A stretch of 64,000 nt of DNA from Eledone cirrhosa (taxonomy: Eukaryota). The position numbers were made by a program, and so were the translations under genes. Location of the stretch: positions 276,830,001 through 276,894,000 of the forward strand of contig OZ024740.1 in the NCBI GenBank assembly GCA_964016885.1, written 5' to 3'. Shown piece after piece: positions 45,483-57,867 of the stretch. The notes under the pieces are model-generated. The model saw nothing but the letters and a program-made list of their open reading frames with translations, did no database searches and was not told the origin of the DNA. Within the stretch, counting starts at the first letter, position 1, and the number at the start of each line of letters is the position of its first letter.

Positions 45483-47997
45483 GTTGGAAAGTAAAAAATC
45501 GGAGAATAGACCGTTAAAACATGTTTATTTAAAATATCACCTACGTACGTTTCGCCCAGTTGGGCTTCTCAAGGGCATAAATAATCACAAGTGTTCCTTA
45601 TATTGCTCGGAAAGAGTTTTTGGGGTTAAATCCACATCAAGGTTCATTGCTCGCAAAAATATCTTGTTTTGATTTTGCAGCAGGTCAAGGGATGTAACTC
45701 TGGCCGGTGTTAGGGCAGTCTTTCCCGGACATTTTTTTTTTTTTTTTGTCGCATCCGTTTGTCTGAGGCTGGGTCTGGTATACAAGGATTGTTTCCTGGG
45801 TGTTATTTTGCAGCGCCTGCCCGCCGGGGTGTTAAGACTTGTTGCAGGGAGATCCAGTGTACTATTTCACTCTTCATCCTTAACCCATCTGAAGAAGGAT
45901 TTTTTAAGCGATGTGTACAACTTATCGCTGTTTCAGCTCTGCTGTTGATGAGCTCGTGGGGTGCAGTCATGATGTGGTAGAGCTCCATGAGGCAAAGATC
46001 GCATTTTCTCTTGAAGTTGTACGGTGCAGCCCTGCCGACAATCTCCCAGTGCGTGGAGAAGCTGATGTTTAAGTCCTTTAGTGATGTGATGTAGTCCGCG
46101 AGCGAAGTGGAGTGCCTTAGTTTTCTATTTGTGAAAGAGTGGAGATGTGTTCGAAACCTAATTTTGAACGGGCCGGAGGTGGCCCCTATATAATGTTTAA
46201 CGCTATTGTGGCTAGTAATAGTGCATCTATATATAACCCTATATATATAACCCTATATAACCATCTATATATAACCCCGGCGACGGTGAACACTGTAGAT
46301 TACTCAAACTATTCCCCTATTATAAAACCAACAAAGGCGACGGCCTACTACCAACGCCTTCCAACCAACATCTTCGTGTACATAAACATGGAAGTGGTAG
46401 AAAGAGTGCACCCGAGCATAAAGTAAAAGGGGCACCGAACGGGCGACTGCGCATTAACACACATAAGAGCGGTCACTTAGATAGAACCACCCGTAGCAAA
46501 AGTACAAGGACACGTAATCGCCACCGTAACGTCCTATGGTTCCACCCCCCTACTCTCGGAGTGTGGCCTCCAACATACCCCGGATGTTCTTCGAAGCCTT
46601 AGAGAAGAACTTCCCGCCCAACCATAGGTATAGAAAAATTCTTAATAGGAACAATATAAAAATATCCTTCTCTACTACTCCTAACCTAGCAGACATCATA
46701 AGAACAACGAACCACAGTAAGATCACCAAGACACAGCACCTCGACACAGACGCGCCTACACCTGACAATAACTATATCGGCCTTAACAACTCCCTGGCAG
46801 AATCCAATAGTGTTGGCAACGGCATCCGCAGACGCAACCAGAATGACAACGAAATGACTGGGGAACATGCAGAACATGACGTGCGGAATAACAATCGCAC
46901 CACCCCGCGTGCTGTGGGTTGTAATTGTGCTAACGACAGCTGCGGTAGCGTAGGTAACAACGTAGGCAGCAACAATGATAGCCTTACCGTGGGAAGTAGA
47001 CGGAACTGCGACAGAAATTACAACTGCCGCAACAGAGGACGCTGCCCCCTTAGAGGATACTGCTTGACTGATAGGGTTATATATAGATGCACTATTACTA
47101 GCCACAATAGCGTTAAACATTATATAGGGGCCACCTCCGGCCCGTTCAAAATTAGGTTTCGAACAGATCTCCACTCTTTCACAAATAGAAAACTAAGGCA
47201 CTCCACTTCGCTCGCGGACTACATCACATCACTAAAGGACTTAAACATCAGCTTCTCCACGCACTGGGAGATTGTCGGCAGGGCTGCACCGTACAACTTC
47301 AAGAGGAAATGCGATCTTTGCCTCATGGAGCTCTACCACATCATAACTGCACCCCACGAGCTCATCAACAGCAGAGCTGAAACAGCGATAAGTTGTACAC
47401 ATCGCTTAAAAATATCCTTCTTCAGATGGGTTAATGATGAAGAGTGAAATAGTACACTGGATCTCCCTGCAACAAGTCTTACCACCCCGGCGAGCAGGCG
47501 CTGCAAAATAACACCCAGGAAACAATCCTTGTATACCAGACCCAGCCTCAGACAAACGGATGCGGCAAAAAAAAAAAAAAAAAAAATGTCCGGGAAAGAC
47601 TGCCCTAACACCGGCCAGAGTTACCTCCCTTGACCTGCTGCAAAATCAAAACAAGATATTTTTGCGAGCAATGAACCTTGATGTGGATTTAACCCCAAAA
47701 ACTCTTTCCGAGCAATATAAGGAACACTTGTGATTATTTATGCCCTTGAGAAGCCCAACTGGACGAAACGTACGTAGGTGATATTTTAAATAAACATGTT
47801 TTAACGGTCTATTCTCCGATTTTTTACTTTCCCACGTGCTTACGCTCTGCTAACTCTCTAGCCCACTAAATATTAACACTTCGAATATTTAATACTGCCG
47901 GCACTAGTATCGAGCACCTTTGGCATACTCTACTTGGCAAATAACTATATGTATCACCTATCCCCCCTTTTTTTCTCTTTCTCGATACGTAAATACT
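45481..47997 (+). mobile_element. Third Naiad-type Penelope element: inverted 3' copy (about 45481-46242) plus forward 5'-truncated copy (about 46280-47997), inserted in (TA)n
   Basis: ORF 46536-47447: PPYSRSVASNI...EKNFP..HRYRKILNRNNIKISFSTTPN; NCRNRGRCPLRGYCL..VIYRCTI...HYIGATSGPFK.R; CDLCLME..INSRAE..CTH. 45481-46242 is the reverse complement of about 47071-47837; a tail of about 160 nt follows; U3-A8 HHR-like core TTGAGAA-gccc aact gg(g/a)c-GAAA-cgtacg-TA at 47746-47776, then AATAAA. Confidence 0.92.
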
Positions 47998-48058
47998 ATA
48001 TATATATAATATATATATATATAAGTTTGCCCAGTTCTTTGCAGATGTTTTATTATAG

Positions 48059-49120
48059 ACTAGAAGTCGTACCCGGCGTTGCACGGGATAAGGTATTGTG
48101 AAATATATAACCACCTTAGCTAAGCTTAGTATTGCCACAACCACGGCTGGCAAATAAGTAAGGGTCTGGTGGTACGTAAGTAATCAACACTGTGGCTTAA
48201 AACGTGAGGAAGAAGTTGTGTACACTTACCAACTGTTTGGGGAATGAGTGTGAGATTTGTTTTGAGCAAGGGAGGCAGAATAACCGGATGCAGCAGACAG
48301 CCAGACATACAGACTGATATTATAAGGGCGTGACGTTATATGTATGTATCTATCTAAAAAGAGAAAGACTAAGAATTATAGATAGAGATCGCTAAATCGC
48401 CTAATGCGGTCCCCAGGGCATTGAAAATTTGAAATTTCTTTGCTCAGAACACTCTCTGAAACATAAGTATTACATGTGTAAAGTTTGAAAACAGTCGGTT
48501 GGGTGCTTCTCTAGTTTTAGGGATTCAAACTCACACACACACACATACAGACATCCTCAGTTTTATATATATAGACTAGCAGAAAACCACCCGGTTGGCG
48601 GTTTTCTACTAGCAAATCTAGTGTATATACTGATATTGTTGAGATTTGGATGAGAAATGTTTTCCGCACCACATGTTCACCGACTCTCTGTGTGTCTTTT
48701 ATGCATGTATAAATATATATATTATCTATACGGTGAAATCTTTGAAATAAATATATGTTAAAACGAAAAAGGAGAAAAAGAGATTAGTGACGGAAATATA
48801 AACGTTATGATACATAAACGTTATGATATAACGATGAAAATATATCTTCAAATGGTCCTTGGCATGGTGTCAAGTCAGAACCGCCTCGAACTGGTTACTT
48901 CTGGCTTGTGCAGGTGTCTCTACAGCAACCAGCGATTCCCTCGGCCTCAGTGACCAAAATCAGTGGAGAGGGGAAGGTAATGTTTCTATAGCGACAGTGT
49001 TTCTCTTGGTAGTACCAAAGTGGAGAAAGGAAGGGGAAGGTAATATTTCTGTAGCACCTACATTTGAGTTTTAGGGAAGGATAGACAGACAGACAGACAG
49101 ACAAACATAGAAAAGCCCAT
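48059..49120 (+). mobile_element. Cluster of non-autonomous Helitron/Helentron-like (DINE-1/Lep1-style) fragments
   Basis: Starts actagaagtcgtacccggcgttgcacggg (48059) and actagcagaaaaccacccgg (48576); 3' parts have catgtgtaaagtttgaaaacagtcgg, (ACAG)n and ttttatatatatagac. Confidence 0.5.
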
Positions 49121-49127
49121 ATATTTC

Positions 49128-49172
<45 letters not shown>

Positions 49173-49412
49173 CACACACAGAAATGTATATATATTTCTG
49201 TGTGTGTATATATATATATTACACACACAGAAATGTATATATATTTCTGTGTGTGTATATATATATATTACACACACAGAAATGTATATATATTTCTGTG
49301 TGTATATATATATATATTTCTGTGTGTGTATATATATATATTACACACACAGAAATGTATATATATTTCTGTGTGTGTATATATATAACACACACAGAAA
49401 TGTATATATATT
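49120..49412. repeat. Tandem array of palindromic units of about 47 bp
   Basis: tttctgtgtgtgta(ta)n-ttacacacacagaaa repeated about 5 times. Confidence 0.85.
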
Positions 49413-49534
49413 TCTTAGAACAAAATTATTATTAATGTTTTGCTGTTCATAACAATTGGAATTGAAAAATTACTTTTGAAATTATTAGTTATTTTACTAA
49501 TGCTTAGATATGTAAACATGAAGCAATGTTTCTA

Positions 49535-49724
49535 ATAATTGTTTCTACTTTTGGCACAAGGCCAGCAATTACCCAGTACATTACTGGTACTTTATTTTAT
49601 CGACCCCGTGAGGATGAAAGGCAAAGTTAACCTCGGTGGTATTTGAACTCAGACCGTAAAGGGACGTAACTCCATGCTATGAAGCATGGTGTCCGACTCT
49701 CTACAGATTCTGCCAATCCACCGC
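49535..49724 (-). mobile_element. SINE family A
   Basis: Full-length match to the family. Confidence 0.9.
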
Positions 49725-50102
49725 CCTAATGTATGTACGTAATGAGGGAGTGAGAGGGGAGAGAAAGAAAAGCATAGGTGAAGTGACGAAGTGACTCTCT
49801 CCTCCTCCTCCTCCTCCTCCTCCTCCTCCTCCCCATTCGTCACAGCGATAGAGGGGAGGAATGTTAGTGTGTTACAAAGAGAAAGAGTGAGAGTGAGAGA
49901 AACAGACAGACTAAAAGAGAGGGATAGCTGGAGAGAGAGAGAGAGATAGAAACCACGCGCGCACGTGTTTCCACTGTCGGACGGACAGACAGACAGAGAA
50001 ATTGCTGGTTATATATTATAAGGAGATGCATAAATCATGAAAGAGGATATTTACTTGAAAATATAATTGGCATAAGTAATCTCCAGACTGTCCATGTCGC
50101 AT

Positions 50103-51095
50103 CTACTCAATGAATCCGCCAGTAGCCTCGATGACTGCTTCAGTGCGAAATCTGAAACGTTGACATGTCAGATTCAGATGATCTTTATATATTTTTAACA
50201 TTTTACTAGTTATTGCGAATGTCACTGATTGTCTTCTCCTATGCCCCATACCTGACAGACAAACGGATTCAGATCTGGGAGGGAGGCTATATATTTGGGA
50301 CGACATGATCATGAAGATTGCAACTCATTCATTCACCAACCATCTTGGTATTATGAGACGACACAGAGGCTTGTTGGTAAGTTCACGGTCTTCTTATTCT
50401 TACATTCTCTATCCAAATCCCCATAAACCTCTCCAACCCCTCCTAATAGTAAGCAGCATTGACACTTGAGCCCTAGGAAAGAAGTGAGGGAAGGATCACA
50501 TGTCGCTCATTATTCAATACTCGTGGAACCATTGCAACCGGAATCTTTGTGTGTATGATATTTTGAACGTCTTTAGGGTCTCTGCGTTATTCTCTCTCAT
50601 TCTATCGGTCAACATGTTGGTCCTGATCAAAGTATTTCTTGTCTAATCATAAGAGAAACAAAATATTCCACGCATCTGATTCTCAACAAGAGATTTTTGT
50701 GAATCAGACGGTTATCATTTGTCTTTGTAGATGTGAACTGGCTTCTCTGCTTCTCTGCTTCTCTGCTTCTCATATGACTAATATCGATGGTCCTCATGCA
50801 GAATTCGTCCGATAGTGTGCCTTGACACGTTGAGCTCGTCAGCAATTGCGCTTATTGAATTTTTGTGGGTTCTTATCGATAATTTTCTGCATTTTCCAAA
50901 TGTGGGTGTTCTGATGTTATTAAGACCATTAGAATGCGTTTTACGTTTGGTTGGTATTGTAGAATCAGTACTTGCGGCTTCGAACTATTTGGGAAATTTG
51001 ACAACAAACGACAGTTTAACTTTCAGGAAGCGAGCAATCTCTAAATCACCATGCTCTGCCTTGAAGGCAACGATTACAGTATGCCTTTTTTTTAA
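50103..51095 (-). pseudogene. Decayed Tc1/mariner (maT/DD37D, Bmmar1-like) transposase
   Basis: Colinear minus-strand peptides: RHTVIVAFKAEHGDLEIARFLKV; IIDKNPQK/SISAIADELNVSRHTIGRILHED; FDQDQ..DPKDV...HTK.P; PP/PDLNP...VWG; CQRFRFRTEAVIEATGGFIE*. Confidence 0.8.
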
Positions 51096-51196
51096 CTGAG
51101 CTAGCTTGATATCTGTCATCATTTATCTGAAAGGAAATGATAATCAGTAAAAGACGTATCCTCAAAGAACTAAGTAACCCCGTATAAATATAAATA

Positions 51197-51272
<76 letters not shown>

Positions 51273-51997
51273 AGCACACAAAATTATACTTAAATGAGGA
51301 ATTTTTATACAGAATTGTGCGCACAGGATCACAGACAAGTACACACAAATAGAAGTGTGCTTATCTTCATAACTATGGATGGGTCGGTAGTATGAGACTG
51401 TACAAAATATTATCTAATACATAATTATCAATATCAATTTCAAATGAGAACAAATAAAAATGACCCATTTGGTTAGCAAAGAGATGTTGTTTAGATCACT
51501 GTTAGCTGGCAAGTATCTCTTCTCAAATTAACTTACACATGTTTTTTCAGTCATATGGAACACTCACCTCAATGCACACATCTCGGGTGTTTCATGTAAA
51601 TATTTCTTAGCCAGTTAGTTGTGCATAGTTAGGTTTCTAGTGAGTAAAGAGTCAGAATGGAAAACATATTTACACGCACGCACGCACACATATATTTGCG
51701 TAGAGAGAAATGCAAACACATACACAAACACAAATTTACACACACACTCACTCATATACTTATAATACATATGCAAAACCATACATTTGAATGAGTTTTT
51801 CAAGGTGGAAATTGGAGTGTTTGTCAACCACTGTATATAATAATTTGGACTTTACAAACAATATTGTTTCCTTTTACTAGAAAATGTTGTTGTTGCTATT
51901 TTCCATATCAGTATAGGGATGTATTTGATTGTGTATGTATGTATGTATGTATGTATGTATGTATGTATGTATGTATGTATGTATGTATGTATGTATG

Positions 51998-53645
51998 TCA
52001 AAGGGCAAAGGAGCTCTTAAGAGTCAATGACCATCCAAAATCACCGGGAGAGATGACCCCTTAGCCTTTGTCAAGGCAGAATTCTAGAGAAGGAAAACTC
52101 TGATATAACACCTGCAACCCTGATGGTATCCAATGATGTTGACTTGTTCTTCTTTTTGGTAAATATCATCTTGGTTAAGAGAGTGGGACTGGCTTTGTGC
52201 AGTGCCTTTGCTCACTATAAAAGCTTCACGGCACAGGCATTGCTTTATATCTGGAGATCTCTCTGTACTTGTCCTCACATGGTACCATGGGCCCAGCACT
52301 ATGTGTCAATAATTGTCACAAGTGTAGTGTTTGTACCAGAGTTTTCAAGTCGCTGGCTGGACTAAAAAGTCACACTCATTCAGCGCTTCGGTAGGGGTTC
52401 TCCTACATGGATATAAAGTAGTGGCCGTACTCGAAAACGAGTTGGCAGCCACCATGTATGTATGTATGTATGTCAGGTCACCAGTTGGGGCTACTGGTAA
52501 CATGTATCCCAGTACAACCTGTCTCATGGTCGTGTCGTTGGCGACTAAACTGGCAACCCCATCAAGGTTTCTTGGTGAGGAGGGTGACTTTGGACATCCT
52601 GGAGGACTAAAAACAAAACCTGTCAAAGGGCAAAGGAGCTCTTAGGAGTCAATGGCTATCCAAAATCACCGGGAGAGATGACCCCTTAGCCTTTGTCAAG
52701 GCAGAATTCTAGGAGAAGGAAAACTCTGATATAACACCTGCAACTCTGATGGTATCCAATGATGTTGACTTGTTCTTCTTTTTGGTAAATATCATCTTGG
52801 TTAAGAGAGTGGGACTGGCTTTGTGCAGTGCCTTTGCTCACTATAAAAGCTTCACGGCACAGGCATTGCTTTGCTTTATATCTTGAGATCTCTCTGCACT
52901 TGTCGTCAGATGGTACCATGGGCCTAGCACTATGTGTCAATGATTGTCACAAGCGTAGTGTTTGTACCAGAATTTTCAAGTCGCTGGCTGGACTAAAAAG
53001 TCACACTGGTTTAGCGCATCGGTAGGGGTTCTCCTACATGGATATAAAGTAGTGGCCGTACTCGAAAACGAATTGGCAGCCACCATGTATGTATGTATGT
53101 ATGTATGTATGTATGTATGTATGTATGTATGTATGTATGTATGTATGTATGTGTATGTTTATGTCAGGTCACCAGTTGGTGCTACTGGTAACATGTATCC
53201 CAGTACAACCTGTCTCATGGTCGGGTCGTTGGCGATTAAACTGGTAACCCCACCAAGGTTTCTTGGTGAGGAGGGTGACTTTGGACATCCTGCAGGACTA
53301 AAAACAAAACCTGTCAAAGGGCAAAGGATCTCTTAAGAGTCAATGACCATCCAAAATCACCGGGAGAGATGACCCCTTAGCCTTTGTAGGCAGAATTCTA
53401 GAAGAAGGAAAACTCTGATATAACACCTGAAACCCTGATGGTATCCAATGATGTTAACTTGTTCTTCTTTTTGGTAAATATCATCTTGGTTAAGAGAGTG
53501 GGACTGGCTTTGTGCAGTGCCTTTGCTCACTATAAAAGCTTCACGGCACAGGCATTGCTTTATATCTGGAGATCTCTCTGCACTTGTCGTCACATGGTAC
53601 CATGGGCCCAGCACTATGTGTCAATAAGTGTAGTGTTTGTACCAG
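51998..53645 (+). mobile_element. Head-to-tail array of about 2.5 internally deleted RTE-derived elements (about 610 bp) separated by (TATG)n
   Basis: Units about 51998-52454 (5'-truncated), 52472-53085 and 53163-53645 (3'-truncated); C..C.R.F.SLAGLKSH zinc-finger remnant near the 3' end; a related 5' end lies at 27366-27460. Confidence 0.8.
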
Positions 53646-54378
53646 ATATTTGTGGAGTATTTGAATCTTTGCAAGATGTTATGCCTCAGGAATTGGAAGA
53701 ATTAACAAATTATTTCGAAGATACATGGATTGGCCGCCCCTTCCGCCGTCGTAGAAGGGATGCCATTTTTATACCCGAATTCTGGAGTATTTTTGATCGT
53801 GTTCAAGAAGACCTACCAAGGACCAACAATTCTTTAGAAGGGTGGCACCGAAGTGTTCAATTATCATTGGGTCATAACTACCCAACCATTTATAAGTTTG
53901 TAGAGTTTCTCAAACTAGAACAAGATATTACAGAGAAAAGGATATTAAGAACCAGAGCTGGACACGAGGATGTCTCCAAACAAGCAAAATATCTAAGGAC
54001 TCATAAAGCGATAACGACGTTAGTGACTGAGTATGGAAATCGAGCCGATAAGTTGGAGTACTTGTGCACTCTAAGTTACCAAATTGAACTACAGAAGTAA
54101 ATTATTATTAATATTTCTATAAAAATATTTTTTTGGTATTCATATTTCTATAAATATATCTTATTTTAGTATGGTATTTCAATAAATCTTTTATTTTAAT
54201 TATTGTCTGTCAATAAAATGTTTAAACTCAAAATCTAATTTCGTTATTCCTTTTCTTCAATTGTCCTTGTATTTGCTTCCCTGCGCTAAATTGTCATACG
54301 CTGAATTGTCTTTGCGCTAAATTGTCATGTGCTGAATTGTCGGCGCTGAATAGTCATGTGCTGAATTATCGGTGTGCC
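53646..54378 (+). mobile_element. MULE-superfamily DNA transposon 3' part
   Basis: LTNYFEDTWIG...FWSIFDRVQEDLPRTNNSLEGWHR...HNYPTIYKFVEFLKLEQ; subterminal repeats of about 15 bp gcgct(a/g)aattgtc x6 at 54283-54370. Confidence 0.8.
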
Positions 54379-54379
54379 C

Positions 54380-54516
54380 TTATGCATATGCTTTGTATCT
54401 GTAGATGCAGAATTTTTGGAATGTTTTATATGTTTTTTACTGTTCCATTAATGGATTGTACTTGTAATTTCCGAACTAGTTGTGTTCTTTCTCTTCCTGT
54501 GAAGCCCAGCTTCTCG
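54380..54516 (-). mobile_element. Fragment of the R4-clade family of 57868-59578
   Basis: Reverse complement of about 59258-59372 (ttactgttccattaatggattgtacttgtaattt). Confidence 0.8.
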
Positions 54517-54989
54517 TATGTATGTATGTACATTTTAGTTAGACGGTATACATATGTAGGGGTGTATATATTTTACGTTCATTAAGTTACAAATAACAGG
54601 AAATTTTATGGGGTGTGTGTGTGTGGGGGGGGGGGGGGGGGGGGCTAAATATTGTTAGTAGAATAAAACATATTGTCTGTAATATCATTTAAACGTTTGT
54701 TGAAACTTATTGAAACACTGTAGTTGTATGGTTAAATGGAATGTTAAGAGAGAAGGAATGTTCTGTGTCTGATTGACTGAATCCGTACCAGCGATACGAC
54801 CTATGATTGTCCGCTATTGATCTGATTAATATATGTTCAGTACACTCAAATACACACACAGAGACATGCGCAAATACACACAGATAGGAGGGGAAATGGT
54901 TGCGGACAAAGAAAGCAGGGAAATAATACAGAGTAAATGAAGATGACGATTCTGAAAAGGAAGGGTGGAAGTATAATTATCATTATTAT

Positions 54990-55372
54990 CAAGTGCTGTC
55001 TTCTAGTAAGTTTGTTGAACGGTGGGTGAAAGTAGCGAATCTGGTCCTAGTGAACTGGCCCGTTCTGAGTATACACCCGTAGACTGACGAGTGGGAGAAC
55101 TGAGAGAGTGCGCTTGCTCTGGTGGTCAGGGTGGCTGTGGTCTTTTGTGTGGTTTTCGCCTCGAGTGACCTTCGGAAATTTTCCACCTATTGGGGAATTT
55201 TTGTTGTTTGAAGTTTTTAAAATTTGTTTCTACACGTTTCTATGTTTATTTTTGTTTGTTATAAACTTTTTTTACACGACCAAACCCCACTTTGTATCGT
55301 CCTGTACCGTTCTGTGCCGTCTCTAATGTCTTTCTTCATGCTAGCCCTTGTGGCCTATAAATAAACCATTAT
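54990..55372 (+). mobile_element. Possible Tx1/L1-type LINE 3' end
   Basis: QVLSSSKFVERWVKVANLV* followed by a T-rich UTR ending gcccttgtggcctataaataaa. Confidence 0.3.
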
Positions 55373-55377
55373 CATTA

Positions 55378-55590
55378 TGTGGATTGGCAGTATTGGTAGA
55401 GGGTAGGACGCTATGCTTTACAGCATAGAGTTATGGCCCTTTATGATCTGAGTTCAAATCCCGCCAAGGTTAACTTTGCCTTTCATCCTTACGGGATCGA
55501 TAAAATAAAGTACCAGTCACACACTGGAGTCGATTTAATCAACTTTCCCCTCCCCTAAATTGCTAGCCTTGTGCCTATATAAGAAACCAT
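55378..55590 (+). mobile_element. SINE family A, long-tail variant
   Basis: Core followed by gagtcgatttaatcaactttcccctcccc; the same variant occurs at 63032-63240. Confidence 0.85.
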
Positions 55591-55781
55591 TATTATTATT
55601 GTTGCTATTATTATTATTATAATTATGAGCAGCAGCAGCAGCAGCAGCAGCAGTAATAGTAGTAGTATTAGTAGTAATTGTAGTAGTAGTAGTAGTAATA
55701 GTATTAGCAGCACTACTAGTAGTAATAGTAAAAGTAGTAGTAGTAGTAGCAGCAGCAGTAGTAGTAGAGCAGCAGTACTGT

Positions 55782-55837
<56 letters not shown>

Positions 55838-56298
55838 ACAATAATGATAATAATGAAGATAGTAATCGAGATCAGCAGAAAAAGAACCACTACCAATAAA
55901 ACAACAACACCAGCAACAACAACAACAACTGTAAGACATTGAAGGAACCTGTATTTCACACGAGAAATATTTATAGACGTCATTTGTAACGATTGCCAAT
56001 ACTGGAAGCAAGGCAGACAACAACAACACAAATAACAACATCAGCAACAACAACAAAAACAACAGCAACAGCAGCAACAACAACAACAGCAACAACAACA
56101 ACAACAACAACTACAACAACAACTACAACAACAACAACAATAACATCACCACCAACAACAAAACAACAACAACAACAACAAAAACAACAACAACAATCAC
56201 AAAAACAATAACAACAACTACAACAACAACAACAACAACAACTACAACAAGCATAACATCTACATAATGATAACAATGATGATTATCATCACCACCAC

Positions 56299-56352
<54 letters not shown>

Positions 56353-57245
56353 AACCATCACCACCACCATCGTCATTACCACCACCATCGTCATCACCAC
56401 CACCATCACCAACGCTACCATCATCATCATCACCATAAACATCAGCAGCAGCATCACCATATGCATCAGCAACACCATCATCATCAGCATAAACACCAGC
56501 ACCATCATCATCATCATCATATACATCACCACCATCTATCAAAATATGCATGAACACCACCACCACCATGATGGTGGTGGTGGTGGTGTTCATGCACCAT
56601 CACCATCACCATCACTACCACCATCACCAACACCACCAACACCATCATCACCATCACCGCACTCACCATCACCATCACTACCACCATCACCAACACCACC
56701 AACACCACCATCACCATCACCATCACCATCACCATCACCATCACCATCACCAGCATCACCATCACAATCATCATCACCATCATCATCAACACCACCATCA
56801 CTACCACCATCACCATCATCACCATCACCATCACCATCACCATTATCACCACCGTCACCACCACCATCATCATCACCATCATCATCAACGCCACCATCAC
56901 CATTATCACCACCGTCACCACCACCATCATCATCACCATCATCATCAACGCCACCATCACTACCACCATCACCACCGCCACCATCACCATCACTACCGCC
57001 ACCAGCACCATCACCATCACCATCACCATCACCATCACCATCACCATTATCACCACCGTCACCACCACCATCATCATCACCAGCATCACCATCAACATCA
57101 TCCTCACCATCACCATCACCATCACCATCACCATCACCATCATCGTATCATCATCCTAATCAAAAATAGCTTTGAATAAAAACAAAAACACAACTTCGAC
57201 AACCACAACCAAATACCTCCTCCGCCCCTCCTCCCCATCATCATT

Positions 57246-57277
<32 letters not shown>

Positions 57278-57345
57278 AATCATGATCATCGCCCTCATCA
57301 TCATCATCATCATTATAATCATCATGATCATCAACATCAGTAGTA
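55590..57345. repeat. Compound trinucleotide tract (TAG/CAA/CAT/CAC)
   Basis: Directly visible; source of spurious ORFs. Confidence 0.95.
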
Positions 57346-57491
57346 TTAGGAGTATTAACAGCAGCAGAAGAATTAGGAAAAACAAGAATTAACACCAACA
57401 CTTCCAATGCCATCGGGTACATTAAGAACATCAGCAGAAAAGGGGGCAATCAAAATCAAATCACCCACCACTCTCTGTCACGCTCTGTGTC

Positions 57492-57561
<70 letters not shown>

Positions 57562-57867
57562 AACGGAAAAAATGAAACGAAATTTCATTTCCAACTCTTA
57601 GTACGGCTGTTACTTAAATATAAGTATGTACACGTACATACATATATGCATACAGACGTACAGTAGTATGTATATATATATATACATACATGCACACATA
57701 TATACATGTACGTATGGATTCACCGAACATTTATTATAATGCTCGGTGTGTTTGTAAACAAACATCCCGTATTAAGCCGTAGTGTCTAGCAACCATCGTT
57801 GCTCGTTTGTTCAACACTCGTTTGTTCAACACAGCCGTTAATATGCATAAGGTAAGTATATACGTTC

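Noticed and set aside
51812-51836. Tc1-like TIR (reverse complement cagtggttgacaaa)
   Set aside because: No partner TIR found in the window.
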